Virus record (IMG/VR): IMGVR_UViG_3300020159_003425
Strand: one strand, 5' to 3'
DNA length: 64,000 nucleotides
Origin: an uncultured virus (IMG/VR IMGVR_UViG_3300020159_003425)
Taxonomy: Duplodnaviria > Heunggongvirae > Uroviricota > Caudoviricetes
Shown here: in pieces, positions 26,059 to 34,698 of the stretch
Layout: each line of letters opens with the position of its first letter
Numbering within the stretch: position 1 is the stretch's first letter
The notes under the pieces: model-generated
Databases searched by the model: none
Seen by the model: the letters and a program-made list of their open reading frames with translations, nothing else
Told to the model about the DNA's origin: nothing
Translations under genes and position numbers: made by a program

Positions 26059-28388
26059 TATTCTTTACTCTTTCTTGTATATGCTGAACTGTCATCGACA
26101 GCAGGTCGTTTTTTTTGTTGTGCTGCAGCTGGTGCCGGAACGTTAAAATTGTTTGTTGTCTGTTGAGTGGGTGTTGCAGAATTTCCCCTTGTTGTATCAT
26201 CACGCCTCAAATTTGGGCTTATGTCAACATTTGATGTTGGACTTAATGTGGATGCTGTTCCTTCTATCAATTTTTGAACACCCGGTAATCTTTCTAGAGC
26301 TGATGTTAAACCTGTTTTCCTTTCTTGGTTTTTTTGCTGTTCATAATATTTTTTAAGTAATTCTTGATTTAATCCTGCGCCACCAAATCCAACATTTAAT
26401 GCAATATATTCTGTGGCAGTTTTTGCATCAGGAAAAGAATTTAATATTTCCATTCCTTTTTCAACTTGTTTCGCAGTGCTGGCCTTTGCTCCTCCGGCAG
26501 CCTTGAAGCCTAGAGACATTGCTACATAAGTTAAAGATGCTTTGAAATTTATATCATCATCTTTTAATATTAAATCTGGATCGTTTAATAAATCTATACC
26601 CAAATACTTACCTATTTTTTCATACGTGTCTTTGTGTGTTATTTGAATAAATCCTCTTCCTCTATATTTCCAACCACCCCTATAATTACCAGTAAAATCA
26701 AAAAATCCATAATCATCCAGTTTTAAAGCCGCATCAATTTGTTCTGGAGTTTTATATCTGTTTGTATTACTTCTATAAAAAGTTTCATTAAAATATGTGT
26801 ATCCACTACCTTTTCGTTTTCTTTCCATTCCATAAATTTGATCTCGCCAAGCAGAAACACCTTTTTCTCCAACATTTGCAAATCCAGTCTCTTTTGCAGA
26901 AACAGCAATAAAACCAGTTATTGCGGACTTATTCGTTAATCCCATTTTTTGAAAAACTTGTGTTGCTTGACTTATTTTTTCAGCAAAAGTCGGTTGTCTA
27001 GTTGCTGATGGTCTTCCTGATGGTGCCGGTCTTGCACTGGGTGCTGCCGGTGGTCTAGGTGCAGGTGTAGCAGTTGGTGGTGCAGCAGGCGCCGGTGTTG
27101 CTGAAGGTGGCGCAGCAGGTGGTGTCTCTACTCTTTTAGCTGTTTCACTCTCTCTAGCAACCCTTTCAGCTCTTTCTCGAGCTTCTCTAGCAGTTCTTTC
27201 TTGAGCTTCTCTAGCCGCTTCTCTTTCTCTAGCAGCGCGCTGAGCAGCTTTACCAGCTTCTCCTACTGCTTTCTCTTCATCAGATGTTCTAGTATCTCTT
27301 CTTCTAGTAACTTCTTCAGCCTGTCTTCTAGCAGTTTCAGCCTGTCTTCTAGCAGCTTCAGCCTGTCTTCTAGCTTCTTCAGCCTGTCTTCTAGCTTCTT
27401 CAGCCTGTCTTCTAGCAGCTTCACGCTGAGCAGCTTTACCAGCTTCTCCTACTGATTTTTCTTCATCGGATGTTCTAGTATCTCTTCTCCTAGTGGCTTC
27501 AGCCTGTCTTCTAGCTTCTTCAGCCTGTCTTCTAGCAGCTTCTCTCTCTCTAGCAGCTCCTTCAGCCGATCTTCTTGCTTCTCTATCTGATTCTCTTCTA
27601 GCTTCTCTAGCAGCTCTTTCTTGAGCTTCTCTAGCAGTTCTTTCTTGAGCTTCTCTAGCAGCTCTTCTTTGTCTTTCTATTTTAGCTGCCTCTGCGGCTT
27701 CTCTAGCAGCTCTTTCTTGAGCTTCTCTAGTAGCTCTTTCTTGAGCTTCTCTAGTAGCTCTTTCTTGAGCTTCTTTTCTAGTTTTTTCCAAAGCTGCTTG
27801 TCTCGCTCTTTCGGCAGCTTGTTGCCTAGCAATTTCTTGTTGTCTAGCAATTTCGGTCGCATCAGGTTTTGCTGGTGGACCTGCTGGTTTTGTTGGTTGC
27901 CCAGCAGGTGGCGCAGGCGGTTGAGTAGTCGATGGTCCTGCTGGTTTTGGTGCGGCTTCACCTGGTTTTGTCGGTGGTTCAGCCGGTTTACCTGAAGGTT
28001 TACCCGGAACTGGAACACCAGCTGGTTTACCAGGTTTTCTTTTGCCTGCTGAACCTACACCAGGCAATCTTGGGATTGTAAAATCTTGTTTAGTCTTCGC
28101 CTTCTTTGGTGTAGGCTTCCTACGAATCGTTAAAGCTTTAATTATTTCACTGTGTCGTTTATTTTTTTCGATATCTTCTTCTTCAAGATATTTTGATCTT
28201 CTTTCGTGTTCAAGTTTATTAAATGTCTCTTTTTGAACCATCAACTTGTATATACCACCCAGTATCTCTGAATCGGATGCGCTTTTGCCGAGCACTTCTG
28301 AATCTTTATTACTGCCGCGCAAAAGACTCATCAGACCACCCATAATTCCTTTGGTAGTCTTTTTAGTTGAATCTTTTATATCTGCCAT
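26058..28388 (-). CDS. hub/tape-measure-locus protein with GH19 (chitinase/lysozyme-like) domain
   Basis: KETG and GWKYRGRGFIQITHKDTY...IDLLNDPDLI motifs; long AREAQERA charged repeats. Confidence 0.75.
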   Translation of the reverse strand: MADIKDSTKKTTKGIMGGLMSLLRGSNKDSEVLGKSASDSEILGGIYKLMVQKETFNKLEHERRSKYLEEEDIEKNKRHSEIIKALTIRRKPTPKKAKTKQDFTIPRLPGVGSAGKRKPGKPAGVPVPGKPSGKPAEPPTKPGEAAPKPAGPSTTQPPAPPAGQPTKPAGPPAKPDATEIARQQEIARQQAAERARQAALEKTRKEAQERATREAQERATREAQERAAREAAEAAKIERQRRAAREAQERTAREAQERAAREARRESDREARRSAEGAAREREAARRQAEEARRQAEATRRRDTRTSDEEKSVGEAGKAAQREAARRQAEEARRQAEEARRQAEAARRQAETARRQAEEVTRRRDTRTSDEEKAVGEAGKAAQRAAREREAAREAQERTAREARERAERVARESETAKRVETPPAAPPSATPAPAAPPTATPAPRPPAAPSARPAPSGRPSATRQPTFAEKISQATQVFQKMGLTNKSAITGFIAVSAKETGFANVGEKGVSAWRDQIYGMERKRKGSGYTYFNETFYRSNTNRYKTPEQIDAALKLDDYGFFDFTGNYRGGWKYRGRGFIQITHKDTYEKIGKYLGIDLLNDPDLILKDDDINFKASLTYVAMSLGFKAAGGAKASTAKQVEKGMEILNSFPDAKTATEYIALNVGFGGAGLNQELLKKYYEQQKNQERKTGLTSALERLPGVQKLIEGTASTLSPTSNVDISPNLRRDDTTRGNSATPTQQTTNNFNVPAPAAAQQKKRPAVDDSSAYTRKSKE
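27130..27850 (-). repeat. coding tandem repeats (24-nt AREAQERA, 21-nt ARRQAEE, duplicated RRDTRTSDEEK block)
   Basis: Visible repeats gcttctctagcagctctttcttga and cagcctgtcttctagcttctt. Confidence 0.9.
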
Positions 28389-28394
28389 TATCGT

Positions 28395-30485
28395 TTACTT
28401 AACTTTTTTATTTTTCAGATTTTTTCTGGAATATGGTGAACTATCATCAACAGGTGTGTCGTCTAATTCCGTTGCGGCTTGTTGTGCCATATTAACATTG
28501 TTTGTTATTTGTTGAAGAGGTGTTGTATTTTGTCTGGAACTCATCTGTCTTCTGGCGTTAGTATTTGTTACTGACGCATCATTGACTGAACTACCCACTG
28601 TAGAAGGCACTGTAGTAAGGTTTTGTGTGGGTGTTGCACTACTACTGTTGATATATTGCATACCTTTTTGAATACGCAATTCTATTCTATTTAATAATCC
28701 TCTTTCCAATTCTTTATATTGTTCATCGGGAGTTCTCCGAAAATAACCTCTTAAATTTTTTCTGTCATAATCTGAGATAATTTTTATAAATTCTTCAGGA
28801 GTTTTAGCTTTCTTACCTTCTTCCAGCGCGGCTCCTCTAAAAGCTATTCCTGGCCCATATTGTATTTTTCTATCCGTCATAAACACAATAACTCCAGGAT
28901 TATTTGCAATATTTGGTGCGAAGTTTTCTAATAGTTTATTTTTTGTTGGTTGTTCGAATTTCTTGTCGAACCACTGCAACTGAGCCTTCAATAATTCTTC
29001 AGGCCTTGTGCGTGCCAAATTCCACCAAGCTTCATTAAATTTTTTTGTTTTGTCTGGTTCTACATGACTGCCGGGATCAGGTAAGCCAAAGTTTGGAAAC
29101 ATTCGAACAAAAGAATCTAATGTTGATGTATTTGAAATCGCAGTTTTTGTTTTTTGGTCAATAGCTCTTATGTTGTTTATACCAAATAAACCATATGAGG
29201 TAGAATTTTGTAAATCTGGTGTTGCCGCACCAACTCTAGAAACTCCAATTGGTAAACCAATTTTTTTAGCTGTGCGTTCATTCGTTACAGGAGCTAAAGC
29301 TTCGGCCGCAGAAGAAACTCCCTGTTCACCTTTCATTGAAGCTAATGCAGCACCAGAAATAATAATCGCAGAAGTTACAATTGGAACTCTTGCTGCCGAA
29401 GGCGCAGTAGCAGGTGCAGGTGTGGCAGTTGCTGGTGGTCTAGGTGCAGGTGTTGCTGTAGGTGGCGCAGCAGGCGCAGGTGTTGCTGAAGGTGGCGCAG
29501 CAGGTGGTGTAGCCGATTCTCTTCTTCTAGCTTCTTCAGCCTGTCTTCTAGCAGCTTCACGCTGAGCAGCTCTTTCTTGAGCTTCTCTAGCAGCTCTTTC
29601 TTGAGCTTCTCTAGTATCTCTTCTCCTAGCAGCCTCTCTAGCAGTTCTTTCTTGAGCTTCTCTAGCAGCTCTTTCTTGAGCTTCTCTAGCAGCTCTTTCT
29701 TGAGCTTCTCTAGCAGCTCTTTCTTGAGCTTCTCTAGTAGCTCTTTCTTGAGCTTCTCTAGCAGCTCTTCTTTGCCCTTCTATTTTAGCTGCGTCCGCAG
29801 CTTCTCTAGTAGCTCTTTCTTGAGCTTCTCTAGTAGCTCTTTCTTGAGCTTCTTTTCTAGCTTTATCTTCAGCATCTTTTCTAGTTTTTTCTAAAGCTGC
29901 TTGTCTCGCTCTTTCGGCAGCTTGTTGCCTAGCAATTTCGCCTGCATCAGGTTTTGGCGGAGTTTGTGATGGTGCCGGTGCTGAAGGTCTAGCAGGTGCT
30001 GGAGCAGGTGCTGGAGCAGGTGCTGGAGCAGGTGCTGGAGCAGGTGCTGGAGCAGGTGCTGAAGGTCTAGCAGGTGCTGAAGGTCTAGTTGGTGCTGGAG
30101 CAGGTGCTGGAGCAGGTGCTGGTGCTCTAGATGGTTTTGGTCCTTTACCAGGTATTCCAGGCATCTGCGGCACACTGACACGTTTTTTAGCCTTTATTTT
30201 CTTTGGTGCAGGCTTTCTACGAATCGATAATGCTTTAATTATTTCGTTGTGTCGTTTATTTTTTTCAATCTCTTCTTCATCAAGATAGTTTTTTCTTCTC
30301 TCATGTTCAAGTTTATTGAATGCTTCTTTTTGAACCATCAACTTGTATATACCACCAAGAATTTCAGAATCGGATGAGTTTTTACCAAGTGTCTCCGAAT
30401 CTCTATTACTGCCGCGCAAAAGACTCATCAGACCACCTATAATTCCTTTGGTAGTCTTTTTTGTTGAATCTTTTATATCTGCCAT
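28395..30485 (-). CDS. paralogue of 26058-28388 with a different, probably lysozyme-like, C-terminal domain
   Basis: Near-identical first ~95 aa and repeats; distinct domain with GEQG...SYGLFGIN...DRKIQYGPG. Confidence 0.7.
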   Translation of the reverse strand: MADIKDSTKKTTKGIIGGLMSLLRGSNRDSETLGKNSSDSEILGGIYKLMVQKEAFNKLEHERRKNYLDEEEIEKNKRHNEIIKALSIRRKPAPKKIKAKKRVSVPQMPGIPGKGPKPSRAPAPAPAPAPAPTRPSAPARPSAPAPAPAPAPAPAPAPAPAPAPARPSAPAPSQTPPKPDAGEIARQQAAERARQAALEKTRKDAEDKARKEAQERATREAQERATREAADAAKIEGQRRAAREAQERATREAQERAAREAQERAAREAQERAAREAQERTAREAARRRDTREAQERAAREAQERAAQREAARRQAEEARRRESATPPAAPPSATPAPAAPPTATPAPRPPATATPAPATAPSAARVPIVTSAIIISGAALASMKGEQGVSSAAEALAPVTNERTAKKIGLPIGVSRVGAATPDLQNSTSYGLFGINNIRAIDQKTKTAISNTSTLDSFVRMFPNFGLPDPGSHVEPDKTKKFNEAWWNLARTRPEELLKAQLQWFDKKFEQPTKNKLLENFAPNIANNPGVIVFMTDRKIQYGPGIAFRGAALEEGKKAKTPEEFIKIISDYDRKNLRGYFRRTPDEQYKELERGLLNRIELRIQKGMQYINSSSATPTQNLTTVPSTVGSSVNDASVTNTNARRQMSSRQNTTPLQQITNNVNMAQQAATELDDTPVDDSSPYSRKNLKNKKVK
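29520..30125 (-). repeat. coding tandem repeats (24-nt AREAQERA; 12-nt ggagcaggtgct = APAP)
   Basis: Directly visible in the sequence. Confidence 0.9.
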
Positions 30486-30679
30486 TATTTTCTACTTCGT
30501 TCTTTTATTTTTAAATTTTCTTCTTCAAGATATTGTATCAATAATGTGATGTAGATATCCCTTTCCCAGGGTATCATACTCTCAAGCTCAGACAAACTAT
30601 ATTTGTGGTGTTGCATCAATGAAAAGTTTGTCTTGTAATAGTTCTTTAAATCATCATAACAAATTATAACCCGAAAAAA
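30485..30679 (-). CDS. 51: baseplate hub assembly protein gp51-like (start uncertain; possibly reached by frameshift)
   Basis: NYYKTNFSLMQHHKYSLSELESMIPWERDIY; the first in-frame ATG (30616) lies inside the conserved block. Confidence 0.8.
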   Translation of the reverse strand, partial: FFRVIICYDDLKNYYKTNFSLMQHHKYSLSELESMIPWERDIYITLLIQYLEEENLKIKERSRK

Positions 30680-31395
30680 CTTTCGAGCCCTTCCACTTCC
30701 AAACTGTGGTTGAAACCACACTTGGAACAAACTATTTCAATTTTCTTCTTTAATCTTGGAATGTTATTGAAGAAATGTTCGATTCTTTCGAATTGTTGTT
30801 GATTCATACTCTCAACAAATTCAATCAACTCTTCTTTTGACGTTTCTTTTGCATAATGAAATTGTTCACCGTCATAGATGTATTCAATTGAATTTGCAAT
30901 CATATTGAATGTAACATCAGTAATGTTGTCCATATCGATTGAGTCTTTAATTAAACCAAATTGTGGATAACGCATCTTCACAACAATTTTATTATCGATT
31001 GCAACTTCCGGATCAACTGTCTCTTCAGATTGTGGATAAATTTCAGTCAAATTGATCTTAGACTCCATGATGTTGCCACATTCTTTCGTTTCAGAAACTT
31101 TATTGTTGCAACGATATTTTGATTCTGAAATTTCACCAACAGATTTTGCTCTGAGGTTGATAAAGTAGTATTCGATATCAATAATTGGAAGTTCATCCAA
31201 ATCCATATCTTCTGTTAATGTACAAACATTCAAAATTTCTCTGATGTTGTGTTGAATGGTATCCGCATCACCAGATTCCATTGCCATCAAAAGATTCTTT
31301 TGTTCTTTGACTAAGAACGGTCTATATTTCAGTTTCTTTTTAGAAAGTGGCAATTCAATTTCATATGTTGGCACTTCAAGTCTTGGTAAAGCCAT
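30664..31395 (-). CDS. 26: baseplate hub assembly chaperone gp26
   Basis: MALP...YRPFLVKEQK.LLMA, DIEYYFINLRAKSVGE, MRYP, C..C...EGLESFF. Confidence 0.9.
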   Translation of the reverse strand: MALPRLEVPTYEIELPLSKKKLKYRPFLVKEQKNLLMAMESGDADTIQHNIREILNVCTLTEDMDLDELPIIDIEYYFINLRAKSVGEISESKYRCNNKVSETKECGNIMESKINLTEIYPQSEETVDPEVAIDNKIVVKMRYPQFGLIKDSIDMDNITDVTFNMIANSIEYIYDGEQFHYAKETSKEELIEFVESMNQQQFERIEHFFNNIPRLKKKIEIVCSKCGFNHSLEVEGLESFFGL

Positions 31396-31412
31396 AGTAA
31401 CTCCTTATAAAT

Positions 31413-31931
31413 TCAAATGGTTTCCCATCTAGTATATGCAAATGTTGCATTCAGTTTATGATATCCGTCAGCACTCCAGTCCAAATCCATCTGATTGATT
31501 GAAATTGGATAGGATTCGATGAATTTTACTTCATATGTTTTTTTGTCTGTAACATCATATTGTATGATTGTAATATCTGTACAATACGTATTTCTATATT
31601 TAAAGTTGTTCGTTGAAGATGGATTAACAAGTTCCATCCATGCATCAAATAGTTTTTTCTGTTTCATATCACTATCAACGATCAAAGTCACATCAAGATC
31701 GTTATATGTTGTGAGATATGGAAATTTTTCGACTGGACCGTAAGTTCTTTGTTCTGTTGTTGCCAAAGTTCTTCCAGGTATTTGAGCATTTTCACAACGA
31801 AATGTTAATAATTCTTGCGAACCGCCAAAGGAATTTAAACTTCCGGGCAGAGGAAAGATTGCTTCAAATCTACTTGGTCTAGCAAAATCGCCTTTAAAAG
31901 ACGAGATAATTTTGTCAATTGCTAATGGCAT
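31413..31931 (-). CDS. tail tube / baseplate-tube initiator family protein (gp19/gp54-like)
   Basis: ARPSRFE, CENAQIPGR, FDAWM, ESYPISI, FAYTRW. Confidence 0.8.
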   Translation of the reverse strand: MPLAIDKIISSFKGDFARPSRFEAIFPLPGSLNSFGGSQELLTFRCENAQIPGRTLATTEQRTYGPVEKFPYLTTYNDLDVTLIVDSDMKQKKLFDAWMELVNPSSTNNFKYRNTYCTDITIIQYDVTDKKTYEVKFIESYPISINQMDLDWSADGYHKLNATFAYTRWETI

Positions 31932-32552
31932 TTATGAATTCCTTATTTCTTCGATAGAATCTTGCCAAACCGTCTTGGCAGGTTGTTTCTTAAACTGGTG
32001 TACAGGTAGGTAAGTTGCCACATCCCACTCATCAGGTTGTACCGCCAGGATTCTTGATCTAATATGTGAGTACAAGTACTGTTTGACACACGGCCTGAAC
32101 TCCCTGAGTCTCCTGGTTGCGTCCAGTATGTCATAGGTGATGCGTATGCGTTTAATCTCATCATTCTCATCATAGATGGCTCTACCCATCAACTTACGCA
32201 TGAACAGGATTCTGTAATTAATTGGTAAATAATGTATATTCAAACCCAAAAATCCATCCGCATTTCTCTGGAGTGGCATCACAAGTGGAAATCTGTCATA
32301 ATATGGTAATTCAGATTTGCCCTTTGGATCGTATATGAAGAAGTAAAGCCCACCAAGTAAAAACTTCTGTCTATTTGATGGTGGTGTGTATCTATACTTC
32401 TCCTTTGTCATCGGTGGGATGTATGCAGTCGGATTTCTCAGTTGCAACATCTTTTGTTTCAACCATGCAAAAGACTGGCGGCTCATTGTCTGAACGCCAG
32501 CTGCAGCTTTTTCTTCTGCTATTTTAGTGAGTATTGAGGGTTTTGTAGCCAT
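31932..32552 (-). CDS. 2: DNA end protector protein gp2
   Basis: YFFIYDPKGK..LPYYDRFPLV...GFLGLNIHYLP; ATG at 32552. Confidence 0.9.
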   Translation of the reverse strand: MATKPSILTKIAEEKAAAGVQTMSRQSFAWLKQKMLQLRNPTAYIPPMTKEKYRYTPPSNRQKFLLGGLYFFIYDPKGKSELPYYDRFPLVMPLQRNADGFLGLNIHYLPINYRILFMRKLMGRAIYDENDEIKRIRITYDILDATRRLREFRPCVKQYLYSHIRSRILAVQPDEWDVATYLPVHQFKKQPAKTVWQDSIEEIRNS

Positions 32553-32563
32553 CCAATATTTAG

Positions 32564-33010
32564 TTATAGTCCAAGGTGTTCTTCTGTGATGATTTTGAAT
32601 TCCCAACCACGATCTAAACAGTATTCGTTGGCGGCTTTCCATTTTGCCTGGTTGACACCCCAGGTTGCAACTTCATTAATGTACTGTTTTGTTACTCTTC
32701 TTTTGACTTCTGGTGCACTTGTTTGTTTTTTCGGCTTCACCTCAAGCATCATTGTCTTCTGTTTTCCGTCTTTTGTTCGCACTTTGACTAGAAAATCTGG
32801 AAAATATCTATGCCATTTTCCATCGACCGGCGATATATAAGGAACAATCATTTCTTCAGAAGCCCAAGATATAATATCTGGATTTTTGTCGAGCCAGTTC
32901 ATCACCCTACACTCCCAAGACGAGCGATAAACGATATTTGTGTGATCACCCACATATTTTTGTGGATTTCTGGGTCTAAACAGACCCTTGTAAGATGATT
33001 TGTATGACAT
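32564..33010 (-). CDS. 4: head completion nuclease gp4 (TnsA-like)
   Basis: P.NPQKYVGD...YRSSWE, WASEE, HRYFPDF, EVKPKKQT, NQAKW.AA; ATG at 33010. Confidence 0.92.
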   Translation of the reverse strand: MSYKSSYKGLFRPRNPQKYVGDHTNIVYRSSWECRVMNWLDKNPDIISWASEEMIVPYISPVDGKWHRYFPDFLVKVRTKDGKQKTMMLEVKPKKQTSAPEVKRRVTKQYINEVATWGVNQAKWKAANEYCLDRGWEFKIITEEHLGL

Positions 33011-33017
33011 ATAAATA
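33010..33017 (+). promoter_or_regulatory. T4 late promoter TATAAATA
   Basis: Exact consensus 40 bp upstream of gp48. Confidence 0.7.
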
Positions 33018-33057
33018 TTATGTATGCATTTTGCAATCAAAGAATAAGGTATACTAA

Positions 33058-34098
33058 ATGGCGACTATTCTCAGTCCAGAAGAAAACAATGCAGGAGCAC
33101 CTGGTGGAGCAGCAACTGCATCTCAAACACTTTACAATGAAGTTTCACAACCGGTTTTTGATCCTTCGGCTGGGCCCGCAGCAGACCTCTATAAGTCAAA
33201 ATATACTGTTGGTCCAAATTATATTTTAGCTTATCCAAAAGATTTGGAAAGTTCAAAAAGAGGGCATGCTGTATATTTTGATATATATGAAATTGCACCA
33301 GTTTCTTTAAAGGAAGCGTTGGGAAAAGTTGGCATTAGTTTAAATTCGTCGGACACAGCAGTAGCAGTTAATGATGAAAGTGGTGGACATTCCGTTAAGA
33401 GACCAGATGAAGAAGTTGCTGAAAATATCTCTGGTGCTTCTAAAACCAGCTTAACCTCTTTGTTTAAAAGTGCTGTTAGCTCAACTCCGGTTAGCGTTAC
33501 ATCCAGAACAAGAGACAATTCTATTGCAACCATTGCGTTATATATGCCGGAGACACTCAATTTTGATTATGATGCTACATATAATCAATTAAATTTGGCA
33601 ACAGCTGTAAATGCTACACCTTTGTCTAGTCTTGGTCCAGCAGCTATAACATCATTTATGGAAAATGCAGCAACCAAATTAGCAATGAGTGCTGCCGGTT
33701 ATGTTTTCAACCCACAGGAACAAGTGTTGTTTGAGGGTATAACTTTTAGAACATATGCAATGAATTTCACTTTCACACCGAGTTCTATAGAAGAAACAAA
33801 CAGTGTAAACTCTATCATACGAACATTCCGATATCATGCTGCACCACAAATAGGTGGTGTTGGAGGATTTTTCTTCATTCCCCCATCGGTTTTTAATGTA
33901 TCTTTCCGTTACAATGGAAAAGTTAACCCAAACATAAATCTTTTAAAGAGAAGTGTTTTGGAAAGAGTGGAAGTCAATTATGCACCAAATGGATGGGCAG
34001 CTTTTGAAGGTAACGGCGCACCGATTCAGACAACCATGTCACTTCAATTCAAAGAAATTGTTCTTGTCGATAAGACTCAGATCAAAGAAGGATTCTAA
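33058..34098 (+). CDS. 48: baseplate tail tube cap gp48
   Basis: IALYMP, NPQEQVLFEGITFRTY.MNFTFTP, VEVNYAPNG, LQFKE. Confidence 0.85.
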   Translation: MATILSPEENNAGAPGGAATASQTLYNEVSQPVFDPSAGPAADLYKSKYTVGPNYILAYPKDLESSKRGHAVYFDIYEIAPVSLKEALGKVGISLNSSDTAVAVNDESGGHSVKRPDEEVAENISGASKTSLTSLFKSAVSSTPVSVTSRTRDNSIATIALYMPETLNFDYDATYNQLNLATAVNATPLSSLGPAAITSFMENAATKLAMSAAGYVFNPQEQVLFEGITFRTYAMNFTFTPSSIEETNSVNSIIRTFRYHAAPQIGGVGGFFFIPPSVFNVSFRYNGKVNPNINLLKRSVLERVEVNYAPNGWAAFEGNGAPIQTTMSLQFKEIVLVDKTQIKEGF

Positions 34099-34697
34099 TG
34101 AATTATTTTGAAAGCTATCCAAAAGTAGTTACAACTCAAAAAGATGGCACGCGAAGTGTCATGGTCAACTTAATGGCCAGAAGTAGCATTATACAAAGTT
34201 TATTGGATGATCCACTTTTATTCTATTCATATGAAGTGCAGGATGGCGAAACGCCAGAAATGATTGCACATAGATATTACAATGATTCTTATTACTACTG
34301 GTTAATTCTTTATGCAAATGAAATAAGTGATCCACAATGGGGATGGCCATTGGATCGTGCATCTTTCGAAAGATACATTGCTCAAAAGTATACAACAGAA
34401 AATCCATATACAACAATACATCATTATGAAAAGGTGATTACGCAATTCGAATCGTCAACAAGAATCACAACGGTAAAAAAGATAACTATTGATGAAGAAA
34501 CTTACGATATTCTGTCACCATCAACCACAGTTTATCAATTTCCAACAAGCACAACAACGATAACAATTTCAAAATCAGCATTAACATTGTATCAATATGA
34601 ATTAGAATTGAACGAATCGAAAAGATCAATAAAAGTCATAAAGAAAGAATTTGCAGAAACTGTTAATGCACAATTTGAAACATTAATGTCCGAATAA
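34098..34697 (+). CDS. 53: baseplate wedge protein gp53
   Basis: YF..YP, Y.VQDGETPEMIA..YY.D..YYWLILYAN, HHYE, YE...NE.KR.IK. Confidence 0.9.
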   Translation: MNYFESYPKVVTTQKDGTRSVMVNLMARSSIIQSLLDDPLLFYSYEVQDGETPEMIAHRYYNDSYYYWLILYANEISDPQWGWPLDRASFERYIAQKYTTENPYTTIHHYEKVITQFESSTRITTVKKITIDEETYDILSPSTTVYQFPTSTTTITISKSALTLYQYELELNESKRSIKVIKKEFAETVNAQFETLMSE

Positions 34698-34698
34698 A

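Noticed and set aside
27201..29894. Ser/Phe-rich plus-strand ORFs
   Set aside because: Antisense reading of the AREAQERA repeats.
27130..30125. Regular short repeats resembling a CRISPR array
   Set aside because: Units are contiguous, multiples of three and in frame within long ORFs; no unique spacers and no cas genes.
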